This document shows positions 1 to 8,502 of a stretch of DNA of 32,000 nt, in pieces; within the stretch, counting starts at the first letter, position 1; each line of letters starts with the position of its first letter. The DNA comes from Vibrio vulnificus CMCP6 (lineage in GTDB: Bacteria; Pseudomonadota; Gammaproteobacteria; Enterobacterales; Vibrionaceae). Below the pieces are notes generated by a model. The model was not told the origin of the DNA and did not search any database. It was given only the letters and a program-made list of their open reading frames with translations. The DNA is taken from assembly GCF_000039765.1 (NCBI RefSeq), contig NC_004459.3, positions 30,001-62,000 on the forward strand, given 5' to 3'. Made by a program: the position numbers and the translations under genes.

Positions 1-612
1 GAAATTGAATCGATGCCAATGCAAGCACAAATCCGCTTGTTGCGAGTGTTGCAAGAGCGCGTGATTGAACGCGTCGGGTCAAATCAGTTGCTGCCTTTGG
101 ATGTGCGTATTATCGCCGCCACTAAGGTTGACCTCAAACAAGCGGCAGCCAACGGTGAGTTTCGTCAGGATCTCTACTATCGTCTCAATGTGGTAACCCT
201 CAACTTGCCGCCTCTTCGGGAACGAAAAGAAGACATCGCGGCCCTCTTTCACCACTTTTTACTGGTGGCGGCGGCTCGTTACGCAAAAACCGTCCCTGCG
301 CTCTCTGCCAGCGATTTACAGCAGCTGTTAGCTCACAATTGGCCAGGCAATGTGCGAGAACTGCGCAATGCGGCTGAGCGATACATTTTGCTTGGCAAGT
401 TGGCGCAGCTCGGTGAGACACCTGCAAGCACAACAGTGCATTATGCGCTCTCTGACCAAGTGGCCGAATTTGAAAAAAGCGTCATCGAGCAAACGCTGAT
501 GGAATGTGGTGGCAGCATCAAAGAGACGATGGACAAACTGCAAGTGGCGAGAAAAACCCTGTATGACAAAATGCAGCGCTATGGTTTAGATAAAGAAAAC
601 TACAAACAATAA
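1..612 (+). CDS. dctD: Sigma-54-dependent response regulator, C-terminal part (DctD-like enhancer-binding protein); 5' end outside window
   Basis: The frame is open from base 1 (EIES precedes the first Met of ORF 13..612). It carries the end of an NtrC-type AAA+ domain (LLRVLQERVIERVGSN, RIIAATK, FRQDLYYRLNV, HNWPGNVRELRN) and a C-terminal Fis-type HTH (TMDKLQVARKTLYDKMQRYGL). The symbol is inferred from the adjacent dctPQM operon with a sigma-54-type promoter. Confidence 0.8.
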   Translation, partial: EIESMPMQAQIRLLRVLQERVIERVGSNQLLPLDVRIIAATKVDLKQAAANGEFRQDLYYRLNVVTLNLPPLRERKEDIAALFHHFLLVAAARYAKTVPALSASDLQQLLAHNWPGNVRELRNAAERYILLGKLAQLGETPASTTVHYALSDQVAEFEKSVIEQTLMECGGSIKETMDKLQVARKTLYDKMQRYGLDKENYKQ

Positions 613-650
613 AGGCCACAAAATGATTGGTGGCCTTGTGTCATTTTTCC
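612..650. terminator. Stem-loop between convergent genes, probably a bidirectional intrinsic terminator
   Basis: aaggccac (612-619) pairs with gtggcctt (630-637). A T-run lies at 645-649 on the + strand, and a U-rich tail (uauuguuugu) follows on the - strand. It sits between the dctD stop (612) and the stop of the convergent gene (707). Confidence 0.6.
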
Positions 651-706
651 CTTGTACTCCTCTCAGATGCACTCAATGGGCAAACATGAGGAATCTTGGT
701 TCCTTG

Positions 707-2665
707 TTATTTTCCTTTGGCATAGCTGAAGTAGTAGGTCATAAACTCATTCGCTTGCTTTGTCTCTTTGATGTACTTCGGTAGTTCATCAACCGAAACC
801 GAGGACGCCTTTCTTTGGTACCGGTAGTTCATGTTGATTTTCTTATAAACTGGCGCCAATACCTGTAACAGCCCTTCCCCATCACCCTTAATCGAAACAT
901 CCAGCGAATAGGTATCATTCTTAACTGAAAACGCTTCCTCTTCGAGCTTCAGTCTATCTGGCAAGTTCACCACGATATTCTGCTCTATCATCAAAGGCGA
1001 TCCAACGTAGTACGGAGTTTTACGATTTTGAGCTTCTGGCGCATAGAGCGAGTTATTGATGATATCCGCCGTCACTTCCACTCGCACAGTATTCTCATCA
1101 CCTTCCATCCACGGGTTCTCGAGAACGTAAGTTTCGACCATGGTCACAACATTGCTCTGAGGGTCATCTTGATACTCAAACTCTTCCGCCGCATAAACGC
1201 TTTGATAGAAGCGACTATAGTAGTCTTCATACTCACCCATCACCGTATCCATTGAGTTTGCCGTTAGGTAGCGACGCATACGCTCAGCTTGATGCCCTTC
1301 GTAAAGAGTCGTGATCTTCATCGTGCTGTCACCCTCTTTTTGGTGCTTGAACTGGTATTCAACACTTGAGGTGATCTGATTGGTATTGTTGACATTCATC
1401 TCACTCAACCAAATAGATTCGGGCTTAATCACCAGCGCGTAACCAAGCTCAGACTGTACAATCGAATCTAACGCATCGCCCTGTTCTGTAACTGTCGGAT
1501 CAACCCAATATTCAATACCTTGATGGAAGAAATTCACAATAACATGGTCGAATGCACTATGACCCGGCAGTTGTTCGTTGAGTTTCTCGCGATGAACGGT
1601 ACTCACTAATGCGGGGTAAGCTTCAACGCCAAGTTGGTTTAACAAGGTCGCCAGAAGCAAAGATTTGTCTTTGCAATCACCATAACCTTGCTCCAAGATT
1701 TGCTCAGGCAAACGAGGAGCGTGTGAGCCGATACCGTTCTCAATACCCAAATAACGTATTTTTTGCTGCGAAAGTTTAATCGCCGCCATGATTTGCGCTT
1801 CTTTTGAAGGCAAAGCTTTCAAAAGCTCTAGCTCTTTAGCGAACAAACGCCCAGAGGTAGAATTTGGGTAAAGAGGAAGCGCCCATTGAGCCACCTCTTG
1901 CCAGTTATCGTAGTTCGAAACATTGATATAAGGGTATGGGATAAACCAGCTTGGCTGATCTTTTTCATCAAAATCGTACGCTCTTCTACCATCTTCAAAA
2001 ACGTACTCTTCCATCGCGCCAACTTGGCGATGCGTCAATGAACCGAACTCTGAGTTCCCAACGCGTGTGATGGTAAAACCTTTGTCTACAGGGACCAAGC
2101 TGCGTGCGTACACTTTAGCCACTGGCACTGACCAACCCAATCTAACCCATGTATCAAACTTATCACCAAAAACAGGGTTGGCTCCTTCAATGCTAAAGCT
2201 GTAGTCAATAATGTCGCCAACTTGGACATTCTTCAAAACCAAGTAATACGTTTCAGTGCCGTTATACAACAGTTTTTCTAAGTCGGATTCTTGCTTAAAA
2301 CGCTTTAACTCCACCTCTCGCGACTTATCAATACGTTGACCATCGCGCCATACATCGACGTGGTGAAATAGCACTTTTTCATAATGAGGATCAAACGAAA
2401 TGGAGATCTGAGAGTTGTCTTCAACCCCTTTAGAATTAACGGATTTGGTTGCATAGTGGGTGTACATCATCGGCTTGGGCAACGTAAAGTTGTACTGTTT
2501 GTCCACTAACAGGAAAATGCTGCCATCCACTCGATCTCGTCGATTCTCTTTGTCAAAAGTTTGCTTCACAACCCATTCTGGTGTGGGGGTTAACACAAGC
2601 GATTCACCCGCAAAAAGAGAAAAGCTCGCCGCAAGTAAAAGCCAGACTGACCATACAAATTTCAT
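707..2665 (-). CDS. Secreted DUF3857-type / transglutaminase-like (cysteine protease fold) protein, function unknown
   Basis: 652-aa ORF with an N-terminal signal peptide (MKFVWSVWLLLAASFSLFAGE). It has a transglutaminase-core motif GYGDCKDKSLLLATLL (Cys331) followed by FDHVIV (His374) and YWVDPT (Asp389). The DUF3857 call for the long N-terminal domain is from memory of this architecture. Confidence 0.7.
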   Translation of the reverse strand: MKFVWSVWLLLAASFSLFAGESLVLTPTPEWVVKQTFDKENRRDRVDGSIFLLVDKQYNFTLPKPMMYTHYATKSVNSKGVEDNSQISISFDPHYEKVLFHHVDVWRDGQRIDKSREVELKRFKQESDLEKLLYNGTETYYLVLKNVQVGDIIDYSFSIEGANPVFGDKFDTWVRLGWSVPVAKVYARSLVPVDKGFTITRVGNSEFGSLTHRQVGAMEEYVFEDGRRAYDFDEKDQPSWFIPYPYINVSNYDNWQEVAQWALPLYPNSTSGRLFAKELELLKALPSKEAQIMAAIKLSQQKIRYLGIENGIGSHAPRLPEQILEQGYGDCKDKSLLLATLLNQLGVEAYPALVSTVHREKLNEQLPGHSAFDHVIVNFFHQGIEYWVDPTVTEQGDALDSIVQSELGYALVIKPESIWLSEMNVNNTNQITSSVEYQFKHQKEGDSTMKITTLYEGHQAERMRRYLTANSMDTVMGEYEDYYSRFYQSVYAAEEFEYQDDPQSNVVTMVETYVLENPWMEGDENTVRVEVTADIINNSLYAPEAQNRKTPYYVGSPLMIEQNIVVNLPDRLKLEEEAFSVKNDTYSLDVSIKGDGEGLLQVLAPVYKKINMNYRYQRKASSVSVDELPKYIKETKQANEFMTYYFSYAKGK

Positions 2666-2753
2666 ATTTATCCAACGCTATATTTTAATTTCATTTAATT
2701 AGTCGGATGAATACTAACGAGTTAAGCGGCAAATAGTAAGCCCTTTACAAAGA

Positions 2754-2780
2754 AACCCGCCAAATGGGCTTTGGCGGGTT
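2754..2780 (-). terminator. Intrinsic terminator downstream of dctM
   Basis: aacccgccaaa (2754-2764) pairs with tttggcgggtt (2770-2780). On the - strand the hairpin is followed by uuucuuugu. A second 10-bp hairpin without a U-tract lies at 2825-2851, right after the dctM stop. Confidence 0.7.
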
Positions 2781-2859
2781 ACGTTTAACGAATTTCGTAC
2801 TTATTACAGAGACTTACCACTTGACCTTATCGCATTGAATCTGCGGTAAGGCGACATGG

Positions 2860-4221
2860 TTACTTGGTAATGATCTCCGGCCCCATCAGTGTGGTTGGTA
2901 GCCAAGTCGATACCCAAGGAACGTACGTGACAATAATGAGGAAGAGGAACATCACCGCCACCCAAGGCAATGCGGCTTTGACCACATTCATCATCGACAT
3001 TTTTGCCACCCCTGCGGTGACGAATAAATTGAGCCCGACAGGCGGTGTGATCATGCCGATTTCCATGTTCACCACCATGATGATACCCAAGTGAATCGGG
3101 TCGATGCCTAACGCAATGGCGATGGGGAAGACTAACGGAGCCACGATGATCAGTAGACCTGACGGTTCCATAAACTGACCGCCAATCAGCAGTAATACGT
3201 TGACCACAATCAAGAAGGTGATGGGACCAAGCCCCGCTGACAACATCGATTCTGTGATCATTTGCGGAATGCGCTCTTCCGTCAGCACGTGTTTAAGAAT
3301 CAATGCGTTGGCAATGATAAACAGCAACATGATGGTCAGCTTACCTGCTTCAAAAAGCGTATGTTGGGTGTCTTTATGAAAGAAGGCTTCAAATACTTTC
3401 ACGAGCGCAGGACGTTGGTTTTGCTTATCGGCAAAAGGCCCCATGTCTTTATAAACGAAGTTAGCGATCAAGAATGAGTAGACGGCAGCCACCGCAGCCG
3501 CTTCGGTTGGGGTAAAAATGCCCCCATAGATACCACCAAGGATGATCACCACCAACAGTAATCCCCAACTCGCTTCCTTTGCCGCGTTGATGGCTTCTGA
3601 CCAACCCACAAAAGGCTGCTTAGGCAGATTTTTTATTCGTGCCGCAATATAAATCGCCACAATCAGCATAAGACCGGCAAGTAGCCCTGGGATCACGCCA
3701 CCAAGGAACATACGACCAACCGAGACATCGGTGGCCGCAGAGTAAACGACCATCACAATCGACGGTGGGATCAAAATACCCAGTGTTCCAGCATTACAAA
3801 TCACCCCAGCGGCGAACTCTTTCGAGTAACCGTTTTTGATCATCCCAGCGATGACGATGCTACCAATCGCCACCACGGTAGCCGGTGAAGAACCGGACAG
3901 CGCGGCAAACATCATACATGCCACCACCGAGGCCATAGCTAGGCCACCGCGAAACCACCCCACCATAGCAATCGCAAAGCGGATGATGCGCTTGGCTACT
4001 CCACCCGTCGACATAAAACTGGATGCCAAGATAAAAAACGGAATCGCCAACAAGGTGTAATGGCCTTCAAAGGCATTAAATAAAGTCTGCGCCACCGACG
4101 CCAAAGACGCATCGGAGTGCCACATCAAAAACAGAATGCTCGATAAGCCGAGAGAAACCGCGATAGGCACGCCAATCAGCATAAAGCCAATGACTAACAA
4201 AAATAAAAATAGAATATCCAT
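2860..4221 (-). CDS. dctM: TRAP transporter large permease subunit DctM
   Basis: 453-aa highly hydrophobic polytopic protein of typical DctM size. It is the last gene of a P-Q-M arrangement and lies 4 nt after the small-subunit gene. Confidence 0.9.
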   Translation of the reverse strand: MDILFLFLLVIGFMLIGVPIAVSLGLSSILFLMWHSDASLASVAQTLFNAFEGHYTLLAIPFFILASSFMSTGGVAKRIIRFAIAMVGWFRGGLAMASVVACMMFAALSGSSPATVVAIGSIVIAGMIKNGYSKEFAAGVICNAGTLGILIPPSIVMVVYSAATDVSVGRMFLGGVIPGLLAGLMLIVAIYIAARIKNLPKQPFVGWSEAINAAKEASWGLLLVVIILGGIYGGIFTPTEAAAVAAVYSFLIANFVYKDMGPFADKQNQRPALVKVFEAFFHKDTQHTLFEAGKLTIMLLFIIANALILKHVLTEERIPQMITESMLSAGLGPITFLIVVNVLLLIGGQFMEPSGLLIIVAPLVFPIAIALGIDPIHLGIIMVVNMEIGMITPPVGLNLFVTAGVAKMSMMNVVKAALPWVAVMFLFLIIVTYVPWVSTWLPTTLMGPEIITK

Positions 4222-4224
4222 CGC

Positions 4225-4905
4225 TTACTGCTCCTTACCATCACGACGTGAACCACCCATCAAATCGTCGGCATCACCCATCTCCGCTTTCAATGCTTCA
4301 AGATCTTCTTCTGCCTCATGACCCGCGATCATGCGATCTTGTTGATTGTTCAGAATTCGCCACGCGACCTGCAAAAAACGAAACGTCAGCAACGCCATCC
4401 CAACGGGAAGTGCCATGTAAGGAATAAAACGGGGGATCTTCTCGTACGCTTCGCCTTCATTGAACCAATCCGACATAAACTGAAAAATCTCAGGCATCGG
4501 GATATCGTCGGTTTCATACCAAGCACGCTCAGTCGCAAAGGGGTACCAGTAATTCCAAGAGCCAATCAAAAGTAAAATAGAAAAGGTTAAGCAACAACTG
4601 ACGGCCACCAAGGCCAGCACTTTGCGTAACGGTGGTGGGGCTTTATCAATCACCACATCCACACCGATGTGGAAGTGTTTCTTCACACCATAAGACGCGC
4701 CGACCAACACCATCCACGCGAACATAAATACGGTAAGTTCAAGGGCCCATAGAATGTTGTCGTTAAAGAGATAGCGCATCACAACATTGACGAAAGTCAG
4801 CAGTGTCATGGCACCAAGGAAAAATGCAATCAGCCCTTCTTCTACCCGATCGGTGAAGTGACCAATTTTTGCCAAAAGTGATTGTTCCATAATCGATTCG
4901 CTCAT
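4225..4905 (-). CDS. dctQ: TRAP transporter small permease subunit DctQ
   Basis: 226-aa protein with four hydrophobic segments and an acidic C-terminal tail, located between dctP and dctM. A second Met at codon 6 is an alternative start. Confidence 0.85.
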   Translation of the reverse strand: MSESIMEQSLLAKIGHFTDRVEEGLIAFFLGAMTLLTFVNVVMRYLFNDNILWALELTVFMFAWMVLVGASYGVKKHFHIGVDVVIDKAPPPLRKVLALVAVSCCLTFSILLLIGSWNYWYPFATERAWYETDDIPMPEIFQFMSDWFNEGEAYEKIPRFIPYMALPVGMALLTFRFLQVAWRILNNQQDRMIAGHEAEEDLEALKAEMGDADDLMGGSRRDGKEQ

Positions 4906-4911
4906 TATTGT

Positions 4912-4947
4912 GCTAAAAACTGGGCTCTGACTCGACCGTCAGAGCCC
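4912..4947 (-). terminator. Intra-operon terminator-like hairpin between dctP and dctQ (probable partial terminator/attenuator)
   Basis: On - strand RNA, GGGCUCUGAC / GGUCGA loop / GUCAGAGCCC forms a 10-bp perfect stem (4922-4931 with 4938-4947). It is followed by AGUUUUUAGCA, 9 nt after the dctP stop. Confidence 0.6.
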
Positions 4948-4955
4948 GTTCTTAT

Positions 4956-5954
4956 TTATTGTTTGTTTGACGCCAATGCTGCATCAATCAGATCTGAACC
5001 GATGTCTTTCTCAAATTTCTTCCAAACAGGTTTCAACGCCGTTACCCACGCTTCACGTTGCTCTGGCGTCAAGGTGCGCACCACACCCCCCGCTTCAATC
5101 ACGTACTGCTTGTTGGCTAACTCAACCTTGTTGGACTCAGCGTTACGTTGCTCTGTCACTTCTTTTAGGATGGTCGCGAACTGGTCACGCACATCCGCAG
5201 GCAGGCCATCCCACCACTTGCTTGAGGTCACGACTAGGTAATCCAAAATGCCGTGGTTGGTTTCAGTAATACCATCCTGTACTTCAAAGAATTTCTTACC
5301 GTAGATGTTAGACCAAGTGTTTTCCTGACCATCAATAACCTTGGTTTGCAGCCCGCCGTACACTTCAGCAAACGACATTTTTTGCGGGTTCGCACCCAGT
5401 TGTTCAAACTGAGCAACCAACACATCAGACGCTTGCACGCGGAATTTCAATCCTTTGGCGTCCGCTGGCGAAATCAGTGGCTTGCTGGCTGAAATTTGCT
5501 TCATGCCGTTGTGCCAGAACTCTAACCCACGCACACCACGACGATTCATGGCATTTTTCAACTTCACGCCCGCGTCTGAGTTTTGGAAACGGTCAACCGC
5601 GTCGACATCTTCAAACAGGAATGGCAGGTCAAAGATGCGATATTTCTTGGTGAATTTTTCAAACTTGGAAAGAGAAGGGGCCGCCAATTGAACATCGCCG
5701 TTTAGCATGGCTTCTAACACTTTGTCGTCATCGTACAGTGTTGAGTTTGGGTAAACCTGCATACACGCTTTGCCATTCATCTCTTCGTTCACGCGTTTTT
5801 CCAGTAGTGATGCTGCAATCCCTTTCGGGTGCTTATCGGTATTGGTGACGTGGCTGAACTTGATGACGATCTCGCCTGGGTCACAGTTGGCCGCCGCATT
5901 GAAACTGGTGACAGCAAGCACGGAAGCAGCAAGTAGGGTTAGAGGCTTTAACAT
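4956..5954 (-). CDS. dctP: TRAP periplasmic C4-dicarboxylate-binding protein DctP
   Basis: 332 aa with a signal peptide (MLKPLTLLAASVLAVTSFNAAA). The DctP-family N-terminal block IVIKFSHVTNTDKHPKG...VYPNSTLYDDDKVLEAMLNGDVQLAAPSLSKF closely resembles my memory of Rhodobacter DctP. A strong RBS (aaggagaa) precedes the ATG. Confidence 0.9.
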   Translation of the reverse strand: MLKPLTLLAASVLAVTSFNAAANCDPGEIVIKFSHVTNTDKHPKGIAASLLEKRVNEEMNGKACMQVYPNSTLYDDDKVLEAMLNGDVQLAAPSLSKFEKFTKKYRIFDLPFLFEDVDAVDRFQNSDAGVKLKNAMNRRGVRGLEFWHNGMKQISASKPLISPADAKGLKFRVQASDVLVAQFEQLGANPQKMSFAEVYGGLQTKVIDGQENTWSNIYGKKFFEVQDGITETNHGILDYLVVTSSKWWDGLPADVRDQFATILKEVTEQRNAESNKVELANKQYVIEAGGVVRTLTPEQREAWVTALKPVWKKFEKDIGSDLIDAALASNKQ

Positions 5955-6010
5955 TATTCTTCTCCTTGTTAATCGAACCGCCCCATCTTTGGGTGCGATA
6001 CTTCTGTTAG

Positions 6011-6026
6011 AGCAATAACCAGACCA
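6011..6026 (-). promoter_or_regulatory. Candidate sigma-54 (-24/-12) promoter of dctPQM
   Basis: The - strand reads TTGGTCTGGTTATTGCT, i.e. TGG-N9-TTGC with exact consensus spacing (TGGCAC-N5-TTGCW). It lies about 57 nt upstream of the dctP ATG, with an AT-rich tract immediately upstream (6027-6060). A sigma-54 activator gene is in the window. Confidence 0.55.
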
Positions 6027-6100
6027 ATAAAAAAACTAAATAATATTCAAATAGATAAGCAAACAAACCATGAGCAACACCCCGTTACGGCGTTTAAAAT

Positions 6101-6151
6101 GGGTGGGAAATGACACATCTATTAAGAACAAAAGGGTGGAAAGTGACACAT
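6101..6151 (-). promoter_or_regulatory. Paired 18-bp direct repeats, candidate enhancer (UAS) sites for the sigma-54 activator
   Basis: gggtgggaaatgacacat (6101-6118) and gggtggaaagtgacacat (6134-6151) are 16/18 identical. Their starts are 33 bp (three helical turns) apart, about 75-125 bp upstream of the -24 element. Each has weak internal dyad symmetry (GnGT-N8-ACnC). Confidence 0.35.
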
Positions 6152-6212
6152 TAGTATCAAACGCTTTGGGTGTGTCGCTTATCTTTAGAGCTCGAATGGC
6201 AAGCAAGATAAA

Positions 6213-6257
6213 CGGATTGTAGAAAAATGGATTGTAGAAAAACGGATGACTGGAAAG
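6213..6257. repeat. 15-bp tandem repeat (two good copies plus one degenerate copy)
   Basis: cggattgtagaaaaa (6213-6227), tggattgtagaaaaa (6228-6242), cggatgactggaaag (6243-6257). Function unknown. It lies in the 570-bp intergenic region upstream of dctP. Confidence 0.6.
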
Positions 6258-6523
6258 CTGATGGTAGGGAAACCGATAGCAGAAACACCAATTGCAAGAA
6301 AGCGGCGCTGACAGAAGGAAAGGCGGTTCAAGACCGATGAGCGCAGAAAAGAAGTCATAAGGAAGGCGTGCCCTCACATCAAACCGCAAGCTTGGTTTGA
6401 TCATTCTCCCCCGATCATGCCATAGCGACACCGTGATAATGTGCATCGCCACGATAGAGGACACGCAAATAATGGGCTAACGCGCCCTACACGCTTCGCC
6501 CTTGTGGGTTTCACCCTACCTCA

Positions 6524-7639
6524 TCAGTGAAACTCTATTCGTTGTTGTGATTCGGCATCAAAATAGACCGCTTTGGACAAGTCGAAGTAGAGCGATGCAC
6601 TTTCCCCCGCCTTCGCTTGCAGTTCAGGAGAGAGGCGACACGCCACTTCCTGTTGATTCACTTTAATCATCGCAATCGTGTCTGGCCCTGTCGGTTCCAA
6701 CACTTCCAGTTTCAAATCCAAACACGTCGACGCGCTCTGATCATCGCTTGGCTTGTCGGAAATGTGCTCTGGACGCAAACCAATCACCACGCGTTTGCCA
6801 TCTTGCTCACGCATGGAGGCAGGCAGTTTGATGTGATGCTCCTGACCACACTCACCACTCACCTTAATCACTGGATGATCTTCACTGTTGAGATCGACCA
6901 TAGTGGAAATAAAGTTCATCGACGGCGACCCCATGAAGCCCGCCACAAACATATTCGCCGGTTGGTTGTAGATCTCCTGTGGTGTGCCGAGCTGCTGCAA
7001 GATGCCATCTTTCATCACCGCGATACGGTCTGCCAGCGTCATCGCCTCGATCTGATCGTGGGTTACGTAAACGATGGTGGTATTGAGCTTTTGGTGCAGC
7101 CGTTTGATTTGATGGCGCATTTCCACACGCAATTTGGCATCCAGGTTTGAAAGCGGCTCATCAAACAGATAGAGCTTAGGACGACGCGCTAATGCACGCC
7201 CCATCGCCACACGCTGGCGCTGACCACCAGATAGCTGAGACGGTTTGCGATCCAAAAGGTGGTCAATTTGCAGCATTTCGGCCACACGTTGCACTTCCGC
7301 ATCGATCTCGCTTTGTGGCATTTTGCGGATCTTCAAGCCAAATTCGATGTTGCCACGCACCGTCATATTGGGATACAGCGCGTAAGACTGAAACACCATC
7401 GCGATGTCGCGATCTTTCGGTTCCACTTGCGCCACATCGACACCATCAATCACAATTTCACCGGAAGAAATGTTTTCTAACCCCGCAATGGTGTTCATCA
7501 AGGTGGACTTACCACACCCTGACGGACCCACCAGGATGAGAAACTCACCAGATTCGATGCTGATATCAATGCCTTTTAAGGTTTCTTGGTCCGCTTTTGG
7601 GTAGGTTTTGCGGATCTGTTTGAGTTCTAGAGTTGCCAT
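6524..7639 (-). CDS. Sugar ABC transporter ATP-binding protein (MalK/UgpC/GltK family)
   Basis: 371 aa with Walker A GPSGCGKST, Q-loop, signature LSGGQRQRVA, Walker B LYLFDEPLS, an H-loop (VTHD) and a MalK-like C-terminal regulatory domain. Confidence 0.9.
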   Translation of the reverse strand: MATLELKQIRKTYPKADQETLKGIDISIESGEFLILVGPSGCGKSTLMNTIAGLENISSGEIVIDGVDVAQVEPKDRDIAMVFQSYALYPNMTVRGNIEFGLKIRKMPQSEIDAEVQRVAEMLQIDHLLDRKPSQLSGGQRQRVAMGRALARRPKLYLFDEPLSNLDAKLRVEMRHQIKRLHQKLNTTIVYVTHDQIEAMTLADRIAVMKDGILQQLGTPQEIYNQPANMFVAGFMGSPSMNFISTMVDLNSEDHPVIKVSGECGQEHHIKLPASMREQDGKRVVIGLRPEHISDKPSDDQSASTCLDLKLEVLEPTGPDTIAMIKVNQQEVACRLSPELQAKAGESASLYFDLSKAVYFDAESQQRIEFH

Positions 7640-7644
7640 GTTAC

Positions 7645-8502
7645 TTATCCTTTTACTGATCCCGCAGTTAACCCGCGTACAAAATATTTACCCGCCAACA
7701 CATACACCAACAGCGTTGGTAACGCCGCAATGATCGCCGCTGCCATGTCCACGTTGTACTCTTTCACCCCAGTACTGGTGTTGACCAAGTTGTTCAGCGC
7801 CACCGTGATCGGTTGGGTTTCTGAGCCGGAATACACCACGCCAAACAGGAAGTCATTCCAAATCGCAGTAAACTGCCAAATCACCGTCACCATAATGATG
7901 GGGGTTGAAATAGGCAGAAGGATTTTGAAGAAGATGGTAAAAAATCCTGCGCCATCGAGCTTGGCAGCTTTGATCAACTCATCAGGCACACTGATGTAAA
8001 AGTTGCGGAAAAACAGTGTGGTAAACGCCATGCCGTAGATAACATGCACCAGTACCAAGCCGGTGGTGGTATTGGCTAAACCGAGCTTGCCAAGCACCGC
8101 GGCCATCGGCAGCAAGATCACTTGGAAAGGAATGAAGCAGCCAAACAGCAACAAGCTGAAAAACAGGTTAGAGCCACGAAATTGCCATTTGGTGACGACA
8201 TAGCCATTGAACGCCCCAAGCAAAGTCGAAATGGCCACGGCAGGGATCACCATTTGAAACGAGTTCCAAAAGTAGCCCTTTACCCCTTCACATTTCACCC
8301 CAGTACAGGCGCCATTCCACGCTTTGTACCAAGCGTCAAACACCCACTCTTGTGGCAAGCTCATTAAGTTACCGGCCTTAATGTCTGGCAAGGTTTTAAA
8401 CGAGGTGATCACCATGACAAACAGCGGCATCAAATAGACCAGGCAGAAAAAGACCAATGCGCCGTAAATAAACCATCGGGCCATGTTCACTGAAGAGTTC
8501 AT
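7645..8502 (-). CDS. Carbohydrate ABC transporter permease (CUT1 family, GltG/GtsC-like)
   Basis: 285-aa six-TM protein with an EAA-type loop (ELIKAAKLDGAGFFTIFFKILLP). It overlaps the upstream permease gene by 4 nt. Confidence 0.85.
   Translation of the reverse strand: MNSSVNMARWFIYGALVFFCLVYLMPLFVMVITSFKTLPDIKAGNLMSLPQEWVFDAWYKAWNGACTGVKCEGVKGYFWNSFQMVIPAVAISTLLGAFNGYVVTKWQFRGSNLFFSLLLFGCFIPFQVILLPMAAVLGKLGLANTTTGLVLVHVIYGMAFTTLFFRNFYISVPDELIKAAKLDGAGFFTIFFKILLPISTPIIMVTVIWQFTAIWNDFLFGVVYSGSETQPITVALNNLVNTSTGVKEYNVDMAAAIIAALPTLLVYVLAGKYFVRGLTAGSVKG

Noticed and set aside
6213-6257. Possible CRISPR-like or minisatellite array
   Set aside because: There are only two good 15-bp copies, directly abutting with no spacers, and no cas genes in the window. 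It is not a CRISPR array.
6036-6464. 142-aa minus-strand ORF filling the dctP upstream intergenic region
   Set aside because: The translation is compositionally odd (HPFFYNPFFYNPF comes from the 15-bp tandem repeat). There is no RBS, and it spans the candidate sigma-54 promoter and UAS repeats. It is most likely non-coding.
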